DNA of 64,000 nt from Candidatus Latescibacterota bacterium (GCA_965116885.1 OZ220741.1:32001-96000), one strand, 5' to 3'; counted from the first letter of the stretch, positions 20,621 through 32,313 are shown. The notes: generated by a model from the letters alone, not told the origin. Numbers and translations: made by a program.

Positions 20621-21493
20621 ATGCTTATGTCTCCACTCATCCACGCGGTGCGTCCACGCGAATGGGTCAAAAATGTCTTTGTATTGGCCGCTCTCGTTTT
20701 TACCAAACGCATTTTTGAACCCGATGACCTCCTGCAAGGCATTCTGGCCCTTGTCTGTTTTTGTCTCATATCCGGCGCAGCGTACCTTTTCAACGACCTC
20801 CGAGACAGAGAAAACGACCGACAGCACCCTCTAAAACGCCATCGCCCAATCGCCTCGGGTGCGTTGCGTATCTCCGTTGCCGCCATCGCCGCTATCCTCC
20901 TCGCTCTCCTCGCCTTGATCGGTGGATTTTATGTACATCCCCATTTTGGTATCGTCCTCCTGATCTATGCGGTACTGAACATCGCCTATACGCTGTACCT
21001 CAAACACATTGTCATCCTCGATGTTATGATCATTGCCGCGGGATTTCTTCTGCGCGCCATAGGCGGTGCAGTGGCGATTCAGGTCGCCATTTCCTCCTGG
21101 TTCATCCTCTGTACCATGCTGCTGGCACTATTTCTCGGCTTTGCCAAGCGCCGGCATGAACTCGCTCTGCTCGAAGGAGATGCCAGCAATCACCGCCGCA
21201 TCCTCGCAGAATATTCTCCACAATTTCTCGATCAGATAATCGCCATAGTCACAGCCGGTGCACTGGTATCCTATGCGCTTTACACCATGTCGTCCGAAGT
21301 TATTGAAAAACTCGGCACCAAATATCTCAACCTCACCATCCCCTTTGTAATTTACGGTATGTTGCGCTACCTCTATCTCATCTACAAAAAAGATGGGGGC
21401 GGCAATCCCACCTCCACCGTATTGGGCGATTTCCCCCTCCTGATCGCCTGCGCCTTATGGTTGCTAACTCTGGGTGTGATACTCTACGTCTAA
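20621..21493 (+). CDS. UbiA-family polyprenyl-phosphate phosphoribosyltransferase-like protein
   Basis: RPREWVKN, NDLRDRENDRQHPLKRHRPIASG, KRRHEL. Confidence 0.88.
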   Translation: MLMSPLIHAVRPREWVKNVFVLAALVFTKRIFEPDDLLQGILALVCFCLISGAAYLFNDLRDRENDRQHPLKRHRPIASGALRISVAAIAAILLALLALIGGFYVHPHFGIVLLIYAVLNIAYTLYLKHIVILDVMIIAAGFLLRAIGGAVAIQVAISSWFILCTMLLALFLGFAKRRHELALLEGDASNHRRILAEYSPQFLDQIIAIVTAGALVSYALYTMSSEVIEKLGTKYLNLTIPFVIYGMLRYLYLIYKKDGGGNPTSTVLGDFPLLIACALWLLTLGVILYV

Positions 21494-21670
21494 CCTCTCA
21501 GCCGATGAACTGGCTTGAACACCGGCCAGTTGTACCCCGCTCTGTCACTGAATCAGCCTTTATTTCACCCCTGCACGCGGGCATTGTGAAAAGACTTCGT
21601 ATTTTGTATTTTGACTCTGCTGATCGTTTTTAATTTTTAATTCTTAATTCTTTTCACAAGGAGTTCTCGA

Positions 21671-23239
21671 ATGGCAGAGCGACCAAATATTTTGCTAATT
21701 ATGAACGACGATATGGGCTATTCTGATATTGGATGTTACGGCGGTGAGATCCACACGCCAAATTTAGATCGACTTGCTGCCAATGGGTTGCGACTCACTC
21801 AATTTTACAACACGGCGCGGTGCTGCCCCACGCGGGCATCGCTACTCACGGGATTGCATCCTCACCAGGCCAGTGTGGGGCACATGATGGATGACCGGGA
21901 ATACGAAGGGTATCGGGGCGATCTGAACTTCAGGAGCGTAACCATTGCCGAAGTGCTCAAAACAGTGGGATATGCGACCTATATGAGTGGCAAATGGCAT
22001 ATCACGCGGCATACAGATGCAGATGGCCCCAAACACAGTTGGCCCTGTCAGCGTGGATTTGATCGCTTTTTTGGCATCATTACTGGTGCCGCCAATTATT
22101 GGAAGCCGCAAACACTCACGCGAGACAACGAGCAAATCACAGTGGATGAATTTCCAGAAGATTTCTTTTTGACCGACGCCATCAGCGATCAAGCAGCGGA
22201 TTATATCCGCGAACACGCGCAGGCAAACGGAGATCAGCCATTCTTTTTATATACCGCATATACTGCACCCCATTGGCCCTTGCACGCGCATGATGAAGAT
22301 ATTGCAAAATACAAAGACCGTTTTGCCGCGGGATGGGATCAACTGCGCGAAGAGCGTCTGGCGCGCATGCGCGAAATGGGCATCTTAAAACCCGAATGGG
22401 GACTGAGCGACCGCGACCCCTCTCAAGTGCCCTGGGAAGAAGCCGACCACAAGGCGTGGCAGCAACGGCGCATGGAAGTTTATGCCGCCCAGGTTGACCG
22501 CATGGATCAGGGCATTGGACGCATCGTCCAATCCCTCGAAGAGACCGGACAACTGGACAATACCCTGATCGTATTTCTGGCTGACAACGGGGGATGCGCC
22601 GAAGAGCTGGGAGGCGGCATGCAACGCAGCGCGATTGCACCGGCCACTACGCGCAATGGACGACCAGTCCAACGCGGCAACGATCCAAACATCATGCCGG
22701 GGGACGAAACCACGTACCAGAGCTACGGCGTACCCTGGGCCAATGTATCCAACACGCCATTTCGCCTGTACAAGCACTGGGTTCACGAAGGCGGTATTGC
22801 AACGCCATTTATCGTACACTGGCCCGATCGCGTAACAGACGGCGGCGCATTGCGCGAGCAACCCGGCCAGCTTACCGATGTCATGGCAACCTGCCTCGAT
22901 GTAGCGGGCGCCGAGTATCCCGAAACTTATAATGAGCACGATATCTTGCCGCTGGAAGGCACCTCGCTAACACCAATTTTTGACAACCGGGACAACGGCA
23001 AAGAATATTTAATCTGGGAACACGAAGGCAATGGCGCGGTTCGCAAAGGCAAGTGGAAACTGGTAAAACGCTACCCGGGCGATTGGGAGCTATACGATAT
23101 AGAAGCCGACAGATCGGAACTCGACGATCTGGCAAATGAAAAAGCCGATGTCGTATCCGAACTCGCGGCAATTTACGACGCCTGGGCAGAGCGTTGTGGG
23201 ATAGAACCCTGGGACAATATCCTCGCAAAGCGCGGGTAA
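21671..23239 (+). CDS. Arylsulfatase (Cys-type FGly)
   Basis: PNILLIMNDDMG, CCPTRASLLTG, GKWH; no signal peptide seen. Confidence 0.93.
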   Translation: MAERPNILLIMNDDMGYSDIGCYGGEIHTPNLDRLAANGLRLTQFYNTARCCPTRASLLTGLHPHQASVGHMMDDREYEGYRGDLNFRSVTIAEVLKTVGYATYMSGKWHITRHTDADGPKHSWPCQRGFDRFFGIITGAANYWKPQTLTRDNEQITVDEFPEDFFLTDAISDQAADYIREHAQANGDQPFFLYTAYTAPHWPLHAHDEDIAKYKDRFAAGWDQLREERLARMREMGILKPEWGLSDRDPSQVPWEEADHKAWQQRRMEVYAAQVDRMDQGIGRIVQSLEETGQLDNTLIVFLADNGGCAEELGGGMQRSAIAPATTRNGRPVQRGNDPNIMPGDETTYQSYGVPWANVSNTPFRLYKHWVHEGGIATPFIVHWPDRVTDGGALREQPGQLTDVMATCLDVAGAEYPETYNEHDILPLEGTSLTPIFDNRDNGKEYLIWEHEGNGAVRKGKWKLVKRYPGDWELYDIEADRSELDDLANEKADVVSELAAIYDAWAERCGIEPWDNILAKRG

Positions 23240-23254
23240 TAAAAAGGAAACACC

Positions 23255-24010
23255 ATGACCCCCACAGATATCACAGATGAAATGCTGGCAACATACCGGC
23301 GCGATGGCGTCATAAAAATCCCGCAGATCATCTCGCCGGAAGAAGTTGCAAAATTTCGTCAGGCATCACTGGATATACTGGAAGCAATGCCAAAAGATCC
23401 AAACCGACCCTTTAATCAAAAAGTGAACGTATGGCGGGAAGACGAGGTATTGCGAAACTTGACGCAACACCCGAATGTCGCTGCAGTCGCAGAGAAAATT
23501 GCGGGTGCGCGATTGCGTATCTGGCACGATCACATCCTGGCAAAAATGCCAGAACTCGAAGTCCCAACGGCATTCCATCAAGACCTGGTAAAATGGCCTT
23601 ATGATCGCAATTCCAATGCCCTATCGGCGTGGATCGCGCTACAGGATACCCCCGTAGAAATGGGATGCATGTCATTTGTACAGGGATCGCACGAAATGAA
23701 AGACATACCGGACATGGCGACAAATAACCAAGAGGGATGGCGGGAATTCGCACCGGAAATCGCGTGGCGCACCCGGGTAACACATCCGCTTCAGGCAGGA
23801 GATTGTACATTTCACCACGGGATGACATTTCACACCGCGGGACCAAATAAAACCGATGATTGGCGGGTGGGATACGTGATTATTTTTGTCGATGCGGCGG
23901 CGAAATACACCGGAAAAAAGCATGTAGTCACAGATCCCCTGAAGCTGACGCCCGATACATTGCCGCCAGATGATCATTTTCCACCCGTAGTGAAATTTTA
24001 TGGAGACTAA
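23255..24010 (+). CDS. PhyH family Fe(II)/2OG dioxygenase
   Basis: FHQD, AWIALQD, GCM..VQGSH, GDCTFHH..FHTAGPN...R. Confidence 0.9.
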   Translation: MTPTDITDEMLATYRRDGVIKIPQIISPEEVAKFRQASLDILEAMPKDPNRPFNQKVNVWREDEVLRNLTQHPNVAAVAEKIAGARLRIWHDHILAKMPELEVPTAFHQDLVKWPYDRNSNALSAWIALQDTPVEMGCMSFVQGSHEMKDIPDMATNNQEGWREFAPEIAWRTRVTHPLQAGDCTFHHGMTFHTAGPNKTDDWRVGYVIIFVDAAAKYTGKKHVVTDPLKLTPDTLPPDDHFPPVVKFYGD

Positions 24011-24012
24011 AA

Positions 24013-25437
24013 ATGAGCACCCCCAACATAATTTTAATGATGTGTGACGACCTGGGATATGGCGACGTGGGATTTAACGGAAATGAGATAATCAAAACGC
24101 CGAATTTGGACCGCCTGGCGAACAATGGAATCCGGTTCACGCGATTTTATGCGGGCGGACCTGTCTGCTCCCCAACGCGGGGAACGTGTTTGACCGGGCG
24201 ACATTATTTTCGATATGGCGTAACACATGCCAATCGCGGACACTTACCCACACAGGAAATAACACTGGCGCAAATGTTAAAATCCTTCGGCTATGCGACC
24301 GGACACTTTGGCAAATGGCATCTGGGAACCCTGAACCCGAATTATTCGGGCAAGCCCAATCGCAATCCAGCGCGCAACTACGCCCCGCCGTGGGAGCGGG
24401 ATTACGATGCATCTTTTGCCACGGAGTACGCGGTTCCCACCTGGGATCCAACAGTAGATATTAACCAGAGAACCGGAGAACGACTGGACCAACCCTGGGC
24501 CTCTCCGTATTACGAAAATGGAAAACTGGCAACGGAAAACCTGGAAGGATGCGATTCCCGGGTATTGATGGACCGCGCAATTCCATTTATCGAACAAGCT
24601 GTTGAAAATGGCGAGCAGTTCCTTACGACAATCTGGTTTCACGCGCCCCATAGCCCGGTCGTTGCCGGACCGGAATATCGCGCAATGTATTCCGAATACA
24701 GCGAAGATGAGCAGCACTATTACGGCTGTATCACCGCCATAGACGATCAGGTGGGGCGGTTATATCACGCATTAGAAGCATGGGGCGTAGCCAACAACAC
24801 CATGATCTGGTTCTGTTCGGACAACGGACCAGAAGGCCGCACAGGTCGAGATGGCCGTAACCGGGGATCAACAGGCGGCTTGCGCGGGCGCAAACGATCT
24901 CTATTTGACGGCGGCGTGGGCGTACCCGCGCTATTGCACTGGCCGGGTCATGCAGAACCCGGACGCACCGTAGAAATGCCGTGCAGCACACTGGATTACT
25001 TCCCCACAATCGCCGAGGTCATGGGATATGAAATGCCGGATAATCGCCCCATTGACGGCATCAGCCTCCTGCCCGTAATTGAAGGAAACATGACAGAACG
25101 TCCCACTCCCATTCCATATCGATTCAACAGTGGAAAAAATTCGATGTTTGACGCCCCGACCATCTCAATGATCGACAACCGGTATAAATGCTTGACCAAC
25201 CTATCGAGCGATGGCAGCGAAGATCTGTGTTTTGACATGATTGAAGACCGCGCAGAAACGACCAACTTGGCCAATGAACAGCGCGAGCGAATGGGGCAAA
25301 CCCGCGAGACCCTGCGCCAATGGCTCCGCTCATGCGAGGCCAGCCACAACGGCGGGGATTACGACGAAGCTTATGAACCCGTCGCACCATTTGAAGAAGT
25401 CACAGGAGACTGGCCTGGAAGAAGAAACAGAAATTAG
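24013..25437 (+). CDS. Sulfatase (Cys-type)
   Basis: PNIILMMCDDLG, CSPTRGTCLTG, GKWHLG, SDNG. Confidence 0.93.
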   Translation: MSTPNIILMMCDDLGYGDVGFNGNEIIKTPNLDRLANNGIRFTRFYAGGPVCSPTRGTCLTGRHYFRYGVTHANRGHLPTQEITLAQMLKSFGYATGHFGKWHLGTLNPNYSGKPNRNPARNYAPPWERDYDASFATEYAVPTWDPTVDINQRTGERLDQPWASPYYENGKLATENLEGCDSRVLMDRAIPFIEQAVENGEQFLTTIWFHAPHSPVVAGPEYRAMYSEYSEDEQHYYGCITAIDDQVGRLYHALEAWGVANNTMIWFCSDNGPEGRTGRDGRNRGSTGGLRGRKRSLFDGGVGVPALLHWPGHAEPGRTVEMPCSTLDYFPTIAEVMGYEMPDNRPIDGISLLPVIEGNMTERPTPIPYRFNSGKNSMFDAPTISMIDNRYKCLTNLSSDGSEDLCFDMIEDRAETTNLANEQRERMGQTRETLRQWLRSCEASHNGGDYDEAYEPVAPFEEVTGDWPGRRNRN

Positions 25438-25446
25438 AGGTATTGA

Positions 25447-26685
25447 ATGGCAACTCAATTTGGCGATGAACGCGATTGGTTTTTGGAAAAGCGATTTGGA
25501 ATGTTCGTCCACTGGGGGATTTACGCAATCCCCGGATGGCACGAACAGCATCAATGGCGCGGACGCATGCCCGCAAATGAATACGTGAAATTAGCCGAGC
25601 AGTGGAATCCCACAAACTTCAATCCCGACGCATGGTTAGATCTCGCGGAAGAAGCCGGGATGCAATACATCATCGCGACAACCAAACACCACGATGGATT
25701 CTGCTTGTGGGACACAGCGCATACGGCATTCAACACCATGAATACGCCGTACGGCAAAGACCCGATGGCAATGCTCGCCGATGCGTGTCACAAACGCAAC
25801 TTCCCCCTGGGCTTTTATTATTCAATTGCCGACTGGCACCACCCCAATTATCCCAATCAGGGACGACATCACGAATTGCCCCAACCCAAGCCAGGAGATG
25901 ATCCCGACCTGGTGAAATACCTGGAATTTCTGAAAGCCCAGGTATGGGAATTGTGTACCCATTACGGAAAACTACACGCATTCTGGTGGGATATGAATGT
26001 AGATGAACACTTCGACCCATCCATCAACGCGATGATTCGGTCCCTACAACCCGCGGCAGTAATCAACAATCGGGGATTTGACCCCGGTGATTTTGGCACG
26101 CCCGAGCGCGATCATGTGCAAGGCATAGATACGCAGCAGTCATTTGATCGGCTGACCGAAGCGTGTCAATCCGTCGGAATCGAAAGCTGGGGCTATCGGA
26201 TAGATGAGGATTATTATACAGACCGCCATTTGATACGGAGCATCGATCGGTATCTCGCGCGCGACGCAAACTACTTGCTCAACGTAGGCCCCAAACCCGA
26301 CGGCACAATTCCAGACGCATCCGAACGCATCTTGAAACGCATAGGAAAATGGTATTGCGCGGTAGAAGAAGCGGTCAAAGACGTAGAACCCGCGTCGCAC
26401 CTGACGCGCAACCGCGATATACTATTGACGCGCCGGGACAATGTGATCTACGTACACCTGGTAAACGACCCGCGCACGAGCGGCGTAAAACTCGACCCCA
26501 TTGCAATCGCACCAAAAAGTGCCACATTACTAAATACAGGTGAAACCGTAGATTTTACCGTGGACCTGGTACCGACCAATCACATAGAACACAAACCCTA
26601 TTTGCGACTACAAAACTTGCCAGTAAATAAACTGATCAACACCGTAATAGTAGTAAAACTCGAATTTGACGAAGCACCTGAGTAA
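25447..26685 (+). CDS. Alpha-L-fucosidase family (GH29)
   Basis: RFGMFVHWG, TTKHHDGFCLW, WWD nucleophile, NYLLNVGP. Confidence 0.9.
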   Translation: MATQFGDERDWFLEKRFGMFVHWGIYAIPGWHEQHQWRGRMPANEYVKLAEQWNPTNFNPDAWLDLAEEAGMQYIIATTKHHDGFCLWDTAHTAFNTMNTPYGKDPMAMLADACHKRNFPLGFYYSIADWHHPNYPNQGRHHELPQPKPGDDPDLVKYLEFLKAQVWELCTHYGKLHAFWWDMNVDEHFDPSINAMIRSLQPAAVINNRGFDPGDFGTPERDHVQGIDTQQSFDRLTEACQSVGIESWGYRIDEDYYTDRHLIRSIDRYLARDANYLLNVGPKPDGTIPDASERILKRIGKWYCAVEEAVKDVEPASHLTRNRDILLTRRDNVIYVHLVNDPRTSGVKLDPIAIAPKSATLLNTGETVDFTVDLVPTNHIEHKPYLRLQNLPVNKLINTVIVVKLEFDEAPE

Positions 26686-26703
26686 AGATAGCAGGAGAAA
26701 ATC

Positions 26704-27426
26704 ATGTTTGGAGAAATCCGAAATAAAAACGGCGAAAAACTCGACTATGCTTTTCACAGTGGAAATCCCGAAAGCAAACACATCGTAGTCTTAGGCCATG
26801 GCGTAACCGGCAACAGAGACAGGCCATTTCTGGTCGCACTGGCGCATGCATTGGAAGCCGAAGGAATCAACGTCCTCCGCTTCTCTTTTGCCGGCAACGG
26901 GAACTCGGAAGGTCAATTTGAGGACGCAACCATAACAAAAGAAGTAGATGATCTGGGTTCAGTCCTGGATGCCTTAAACGGATATACAATCTGTTATGCC
27001 GGACACAGCATGGGAGGTGCCGTAGGCGTATTGCGAGCGAGCACAGATACGCGCATTCAGTATCTCATCTCGTTGGCGGGCATGGTAGATACAAAGGGAT
27101 TTGCACAGCGCGAATTTGGAGATGTCACCCCCGATGAAGGCAACATGTGGGACGACCCGGATTGTCCGCTATCCAGCGCGTATATGGACGACCTGACCGC
27201 GATTGACACCGTCGTAGATCGCGCGTCTCAAATCTCGGTCCCGTGGTTGCTCGTACACGGCACAGAAGACGACGTAGTACCCATTGAAGACTCCCAGACA
27301 ATATTCGAGCAAGCCAACGAATCAAAAGAACTGGTCGTACTACCCGATGCAGATCACGTATTCAGCGATGACGCAACACCCACCATGATACAGGCCGTTA
27401 TAGATTGGATTGCAAAACGGGAGTAA
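26704..27426 (+). CDS. Alpha/beta hydrolase
   Basis: HG, GHSMGG, HGTEDDVV, ADH. Confidence 0.9.
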   Translation: MFGEIRNKNGEKLDYAFHSGNPESKHIVVLGHGVTGNRDRPFLVALAHALEAEGINVLRFSFAGNGNSEGQFEDATITKEVDDLGSVLDALNGYTICYAGHSMGGAVGVLRASTDTRIQYLISLAGMVDTKGFAQREFGDVTPDEGNMWDDPDCPLSSAYMDDLTAIDTVVDRASQISVPWLLVHGTEDDVVPIEDSQTIFEQANESKELVVLPDADHVFSDDATPTMIQAVIDWIAKRE

Positions 27427-27428
27427 TA

Positions 27429-28466
27429 ATGTCTTCTAAAACATACCGAGCCGCGGTAATAGGCCTGGGAATGATCGGCGGAGCAGATCAAGTCTCAGGA
27501 GATGTATTGGGCCAGCGCGTGGACAGTATGGACGGCACGCATACTTTTGCGTATCAAAACCATCCGCGCATCGCTCTCGTGGCCGGATCAAGCCGCGACC
27601 TGGGGCGACGCGAGCGCTATGAAGCGCGCACAGGTGCTATAACTTATGAGAACTGGCGTGAAATGATCGCCAACGAAGCACTCGATATTGTCAGCATAGC
27701 GACCTACACCCCTACCCACGCGGAAATTGCCATAGCCTGTGCCGAACGCGGCATTCCCGTCATCTATTGCGAAAAACCCGCAGCAACCACGGTGATAGAT
27801 GCCCAGCGCATGCTCGAGGCACAAAAACACGGATTATTGGTCTTTAACCATCAGCGAAGATTTGATCCCAATTACCGCCGACTCAGCGCACTAATTGCCG
27901 AAGGAAAACTGGGCACACTTATTTCCGCTTCTCTCCAATGGCCGACGGGCCGATTGGGTAATGTGGGAACCCATGCAATTGACGCCCTCTTGATGCTCAC
28001 CGGACATCGCGTCCAATCGGTCTCCGCGACCCTTGATCTGGCGGGAAAACCCGATTGCCGCGGCGATGAATTTCGCGATCCCGGAGGATGTGGTGTCATG
28101 CGTATGGACGGTGGGCTAATGGTAACAGTAAGCGCACCCGACTATTCCGCCGCACCGCCGCGCACGGAAATTAACGGGCAAAAAGGACGGGCAATTATCG
28201 AGGCAAAAGGCATCACACTCGAATACTGGACTGGAGAAACAGAACAGTGGCCGCCCCATAAGGATAGCGATTCGGGAATGGACCGCGCCGTATCGGAAAT
28301 CGTCGCCTGTCTGGACGATCGCGTCCCATTCTCTTATAACCCCGAAGAAGCTGTCCATACACTCGAAACCATTGTCGCCTTCCACGCTTCTCATAAACAA
28401 AACGCAGCCTATGTTGATCTTCCCTTATCGGGCAGTGACCGCGAGATTGTCGTACTAAGCGGATGA
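27429..28466 (+). CDS. Gfo/Idh/MocA family oxidoreductase
   Basis: IGLGMIG, CEKP, GTHAID. Confidence 0.88.
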   Translation: MSSKTYRAAVIGLGMIGGADQVSGDVLGQRVDSMDGTHTFAYQNHPRIALVAGSSRDLGRRERYEARTGAITYENWREMIANEALDIVSIATYTPTHAEIAIACAERGIPVIYCEKPAATTVIDAQRMLEAQKHGLLVFNHQRRFDPNYRRLSALIAEGKLGTLISASLQWPTGRLGNVGTHAIDALLMLTGHRVQSVSATLDLAGKPDCRGDEFRDPGGCGVMRMDGGLMVTVSAPDYSAAPPRTEINGQKGRAIIEAKGITLEYWTGETEQWPPHKDSDSGMDRAVSEIVACLDDRVPFSYNPEEAVHTLETIVAFHASHKQNAAYVDLPLSGSDREIVVLSG

Positions 28467-28475
28467 AAGGAATCT

Positions 28476-29657
28476 ATGCCGACTATTGGAACACCGCTTT
28501 CACCCACCGCAACCAAAGTACTCATGTGTGGCTCTGGCGAATTGGGCAAGGAAGTTGTCATTGAACTCCAGCGCTATGGCGTAGAAGTAATTGCTGTAGA
28601 TCGCTACGCCAATGCGCCCGCGATGCAAGTAGCGCATCGGTCGCATGTCATCACCATGCTGGATGGAGCTGCCCTGCGCGAAGTCATAGAAAAAGAACAG
28701 CCCGACCTGATCGTACCCGAAATTGAAGCAATAGCCACAGACACACTCGTCGAATTGGAAAGCGAAGGATTCACAGTAATCCCAACAGCCCGAGCAACTC
28801 GCCTGACAATGAACCGCGAAGGCATCCGTCGGTTAGCCGCCGAAGAACTGGGACTAAAGACCTCACCTTACCGATTTGCGTCGAATTTGGAAGAATACCG
28901 CGCAGCAGTTCGTGAAATCGGCGTACCCTGTGTCATAAAACCAACCATGAGTTCATCGGGCAAAGGACAAAGCACCGTAAAAAACATGGCCGACGCCGAA
29001 AAATCGTGGACCTATGCACAGGAAGATGCGCGCGGAGGCGCAGATGCGGTCATCGTGGAAGGCTTTGTAGATTTTGACTATGAAATTACGCTATTAACCC
29101 TGCGCCATGAAGGAGGCACGAGCTTTTGCGCGCCAATAGGACATCGACAGGTAGATGGCGACTATCACGAATCGTGGCAGCCACAGCCAATGAGCGAAGC
29201 TGCCCTTGCAGGCGCACAACGGATTGGCAAAGCGATCACCGACGCACTGGGCGGCCGCGGCATATTTGGCGTAGAATTATTTGTGAAAGGCGACGACATC
29301 TACTTCAGCGAAGTATCACCTCGCCCACACGACACGGGCATGGTAACCATGATCTCGCAAGACCTGTCTGAATTTGCCCTGCATGCGCGGGCAATCCTGG
29401 GATTACCAGTACCAAACATCAAACACCACGGTCCCTCTGCTTCGCATGTAATCCTGGTAGAAGGACATTCACAACAGGTACAATTCGGCAACCTGGGCGC
29501 CGCACTCACCGAACCCGACACAGAAATCCGCTTATTTGGCAAACCCGAAGTACAGGGAGAACGGAGAATGGGCGTCGTCCTTGCAAGGGGCGCGACACTG
29601 CAAGAAGCGCGCGAAAAGGCAAAAGCGGGAGCAGAAGCCATTAGCATCGCGCTTTAA
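28476..29657 (+). CDS. purT: Formate-dependent GAR transformylase
   Basis: [37 protein letters not shown]. Confidence 0.96.
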   Translation: MPTIGTPLSPTATKVLMCGSGELGKEVVIELQRYGVEVIAVDRYANAPAMQVAHRSHVITMLDGAALREVIEKEQPDLIVPEIEAIATDTLVELESEGFTVIPTARATRLTMNREGIRRLAAEELGLKTSPYRFASNLEEYRAAVREIGVPCVIKPTMSSSGKGQSTVKNMADAEKSWTYAQEDARGGADAVIVEGFVDFDYEITLLTLRHEGGTSFCAPIGHRQVDGDYHESWQPQPMSEAALAGAQRIGKAITDALGGRGIFGVELFVKGDDIYFSEVSPRPHDTGMVTMISQDLSEFALHARAILGLPVPNIKHHGPSASHVILVEGHSQQVQFGNLGAALTEPDTEIRLFGKPEVQGERRMGVVLARGATLQEAREKAKAGAEAISIAL

Positions 29658-30859
29658 GACAGAATCAGTTGTGCAACAGCCTCTTCATTAAGCGTAATAC
29701 CCAAACCGGGTTCTTCACTCAGAGTAACATGCCCATTTTCAAGCAACAAAGGCTCTGTAAGAAGCCCATTACCAAAAGGACCGCGCGCAAAACCACTGGG
29801 ACATTCGGATATAAAGCAATTGGGAGTCGCCGCGCCAACCTGCAGACCCGCCATGAGATGAACAGGCGTACTGGTACTCACATGAGACGCCCATGACACA
29901 CCAAAAACATCGGCTAATTGTGCGATGCGCAACGTCTCAGAAATACCTCCAGCCCGACAAACATCCGGAAGAATGAGATCGCATTCCTTATTCAGCAAAC
30001 GATCTCGCACGACATAGCGGTTGCAGTCCGTCTCCCCAACAGCGATTCGAACAGAAGTCAATTGGGTCAACTGCCGATATCCCTGATGATCTTCGGGCAG
30101 CAGAGCATCTTCAAACCATTCCACATTGCCGAGATCCTCAAGCAACCGGACAAAGCGGAGAGCATCTTTAATATCGAATCCACCGTGTGCATCAACGAGC
30201 AACTTGCCGCGGTCTCCCACAGCGCGGGACATCTCCCGGACAACGTGCATCTGTTCGTCTATAGTCCCGCGTCCACAGGACGTCTTCACCACAGAAAACC
30301 CATCATCCAGAACCCTATCAATCCCCTCGCAACGAGATTCAATAGTCTGACCCGGCGTACCCGATGAATACACGGGAATTTGCAAACGATAGGGACCACC
30401 GAGCAACCGCCAGATCGGTTCGTTGTAATATTTACCGAGTATATCCCAAAGCGCGATATCGATCCCCGCAATCGCCTCCAGTGTAAACCCCTGCGTATGG
30501 GAACGCAGGCGCATCGTCGAAAACATGCGCTCCCACAAAACGTCGATCGAGCGCGGGTCCTCCCCGATCAGGACAGGACGCAACAAATCTTCTACAATCG
30601 TTTTGACAACGCGAGGCGCAGCCGGGGCGTGGGCTTCGCCAATGCCCTCAATGCCATTATCTGTACGCACGCGAATAAGCGCTGTCGATCGCCCCGAAGG
30701 ATAGACACACAGGTGGCGCGTATCGGCTCTGCCGGGAAAGGTCTGTGTGGATTGGGGCGCGACTTGCGGAAATTTTAATCCTGCGGTATCTTCATATCGC
30801 GTCGCACCCTGCTGACGAACGGTAGAGAGAATATCGCAGGTAATATCGATAATTTTCAT
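29654..30859 (-). CDS. Mandelate racemase/muconate lactonizing enzyme family
   Basis: [28 protein letters not shown]; start moved to MKIIDIT. Confidence 0.88.
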   Translation of the reverse strand: MKIIDITCDILSTVRQQGATRYEDTAGLKFPQVAPQSTQTFPGRADTRHLCVYPSGRSTALIRVRTDNGIEGIGEAHAPAAPRVVKTIVEDLLRPVLIGEDPRSIDVLWERMFSTMRLRSHTQGFTLEAIAGIDIALWDILGKYYNEPIWRLLGGPYRLQIPVYSSGTPGQTIESRCEGIDRVLDDGFSVVKTSCGRGTIDEQMHVVREMSRAVGDRGKLLVDAHGGFDIKDALRFVRLLEDLGNVEWFEDALLPEDHQGYRQLTQLTSVRIAVGETDCNRYVVRDRLLNKECDLILPDVCRAGGISETLRIAQLADVFGVSWASHVSTSTPVHLMAGLQVGAATPNCFISECPSGFARGPFGNGLLTEPLLLENGHVTLSEEPGLGITLNEEAVAQLILS

Positions 30860-30960
30860 TTTTACCTCTTGGGGTGTGTTATTATGTCGAAAAATAAAAA
30901 TAGGACGGAAATCCGTTATTTGCAAATCTCTAAAAAATATTAAACAAGGAGACCGCAAAC

Positions 30961-32313
30961 ATGAAACACTTATTAAAAGACGAAGCAATATTGCATTTTA
31001 TAGCGCGGGGATATTGCGTCGTCAAAACAAATGTCGCACCGCATATCCACGCGCAAATTCTGACAGATGCAAAAAAGGCGATGGCAGAGAGAAACCCGGG
31101 CAATGACATATTGCATGCCGCACCGGGATTGCGCGAAATTTTTGACGACGAAGCAATGGTCGGCACGCTATCGAGTATCCTGGGCGACTCGTATGTCATG
31201 CATTGCCACAGACATTGCCATCGCAATACCGCGGGCACAGAAGGCCGAAATTTTCATCAGGACGGATCAACGCGTCGATTTGCTGGCTGGAGCCGCCCCT
31301 GGCGGCGTCACCATCGCCCGCGAACCGTCATGGCAATTTGTTATCCCCACCAAACGCCGATTGAAATGGGACCCACGGGCGTCATTCCCGGAACGCAGTA
31401 TTACAGCGCGAAACCCCAAAATGAGTTTGATTACGAATTTCCATTTGCAGTTGTCGATCCCGGCGATGTATTGCTCGTACATTTTGATTTGTTCCATCGT
31501 GTATCCAGCAACACGAGCGACCGCGACCGGTATATGATGAAATTTTTGTTCAAACGCACAGAAGAACCAACAGTGCCGAGTTGGCATGCCGCATCGGATT
31601 TCGATCCCGATTTCGACACCCTTGCCCACCGGATAAAACCCGACCATCCATCTGACGTCTTATTGCGCCATCCCCTAGTATGGGAATTTATGTGGCACTG
31701 GATGCGCGGTGAACCCCTGCCCGAGTGGGGTAATGACGCGCCCGTCTCCGTGGATGACATGATGCACAACCTGAACAGCGACGATCCAGGTATCGTGATA
31801 GATGCGACATACGCACTGGGGCGACTGGGCAAACGCGCAGTACCCACATTGATGGATATATTACTGGGACCAGATGAAGCCCTACGAGAGCAAGTACCCG
31901 CAGCACTATCAGCAGCAGGTAGATACGCGGTAGATCCACTCATCCAGGCATTGACACATTCAGACGACTGGGTGAGAGCAACCGCTGCGGATACCCTGGG
32001 CGACATTGGCTTACCAGCCCTCGACGCGCTACCCGCTATTCGCAACGCACTCTCAGACCGCGACGACTGGGTACGCCACAATGCCACGCGCGCATTAACC
32101 ATCTGGAGCAAAGCAGCCGAAACTGCCCGCGATGACTTGCTCACAGCACTAAAAGACCAGGAGCCTTTTGTCGGCTTCAACGCGCTAACAGCTCTGGAAC
32201 ACATGGACCGCGTTGACGATGCCCAGGTACTGCCGTTGCTAAAAGCAATGCAACACCACGAACACACGCGATTGCGCTACCAGATAAACGAAATGCTCCA
32301 GCGCGTAGCCTGA
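30961..32313 (+). CDS. PhyH-like dioxygenase fused to HEAT repeats
   Basis: FHQD, GPTGVIPGTQ, HFDLFHR; repeats VRATAADTLG, VRHNATRAL. Confidence 0.82.
   Translation: MKHLLKDEAILHFIARGYCVVKTNVAPHIHAQILTDAKKAMAERNPGNDILHAAPGLREIFDDEAMVGTLSSILGDSYVMHCHRHCHRNTAGTEGRNFHQDGSTRRFAGWSRPWRRHHRPRTVMAICYPHQTPIEMGPTGVIPGTQYYSAKPQNEFDYEFPFAVVDPGDVLLVHFDLFHRVSSNTSDRDRYMMKFLFKRTEEPTVPSWHAASDFDPDFDTLAHRIKPDHPSDVLLRHPLVWEFMWHWMRGEPLPEWGNDAPVSVDDMMHNLNSDDPGIVIDATYALGRLGKRAVPTLMDILLGPDEALREQVPAALSAAGRYAVDPLIQALTHSDDWVRATAADTLGDIGLPALDALPAIRNALSDRDDWVRHNATRALTIWSKAAETARDDLLTALKDQEPFVGFNALTALEHMDRVDDAQVLPLLKAMQHHEHTRLRYQINEMLQRVA

Noticed and set aside
21494..21670. Possible riboswitch or ncRNA upstream of the sulfatase
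   Set aside because: Only a weak hairpin and T-rich repeats; no recognisable aptamer consensus.
8326..32267. Long antisense or alternate-frame ORFs (e.g. 8326..9189, 10802..11542, 16058..16822, 31431..32267)
   Set aside because: They largely overlap well-supported genes and show no protein motifs.
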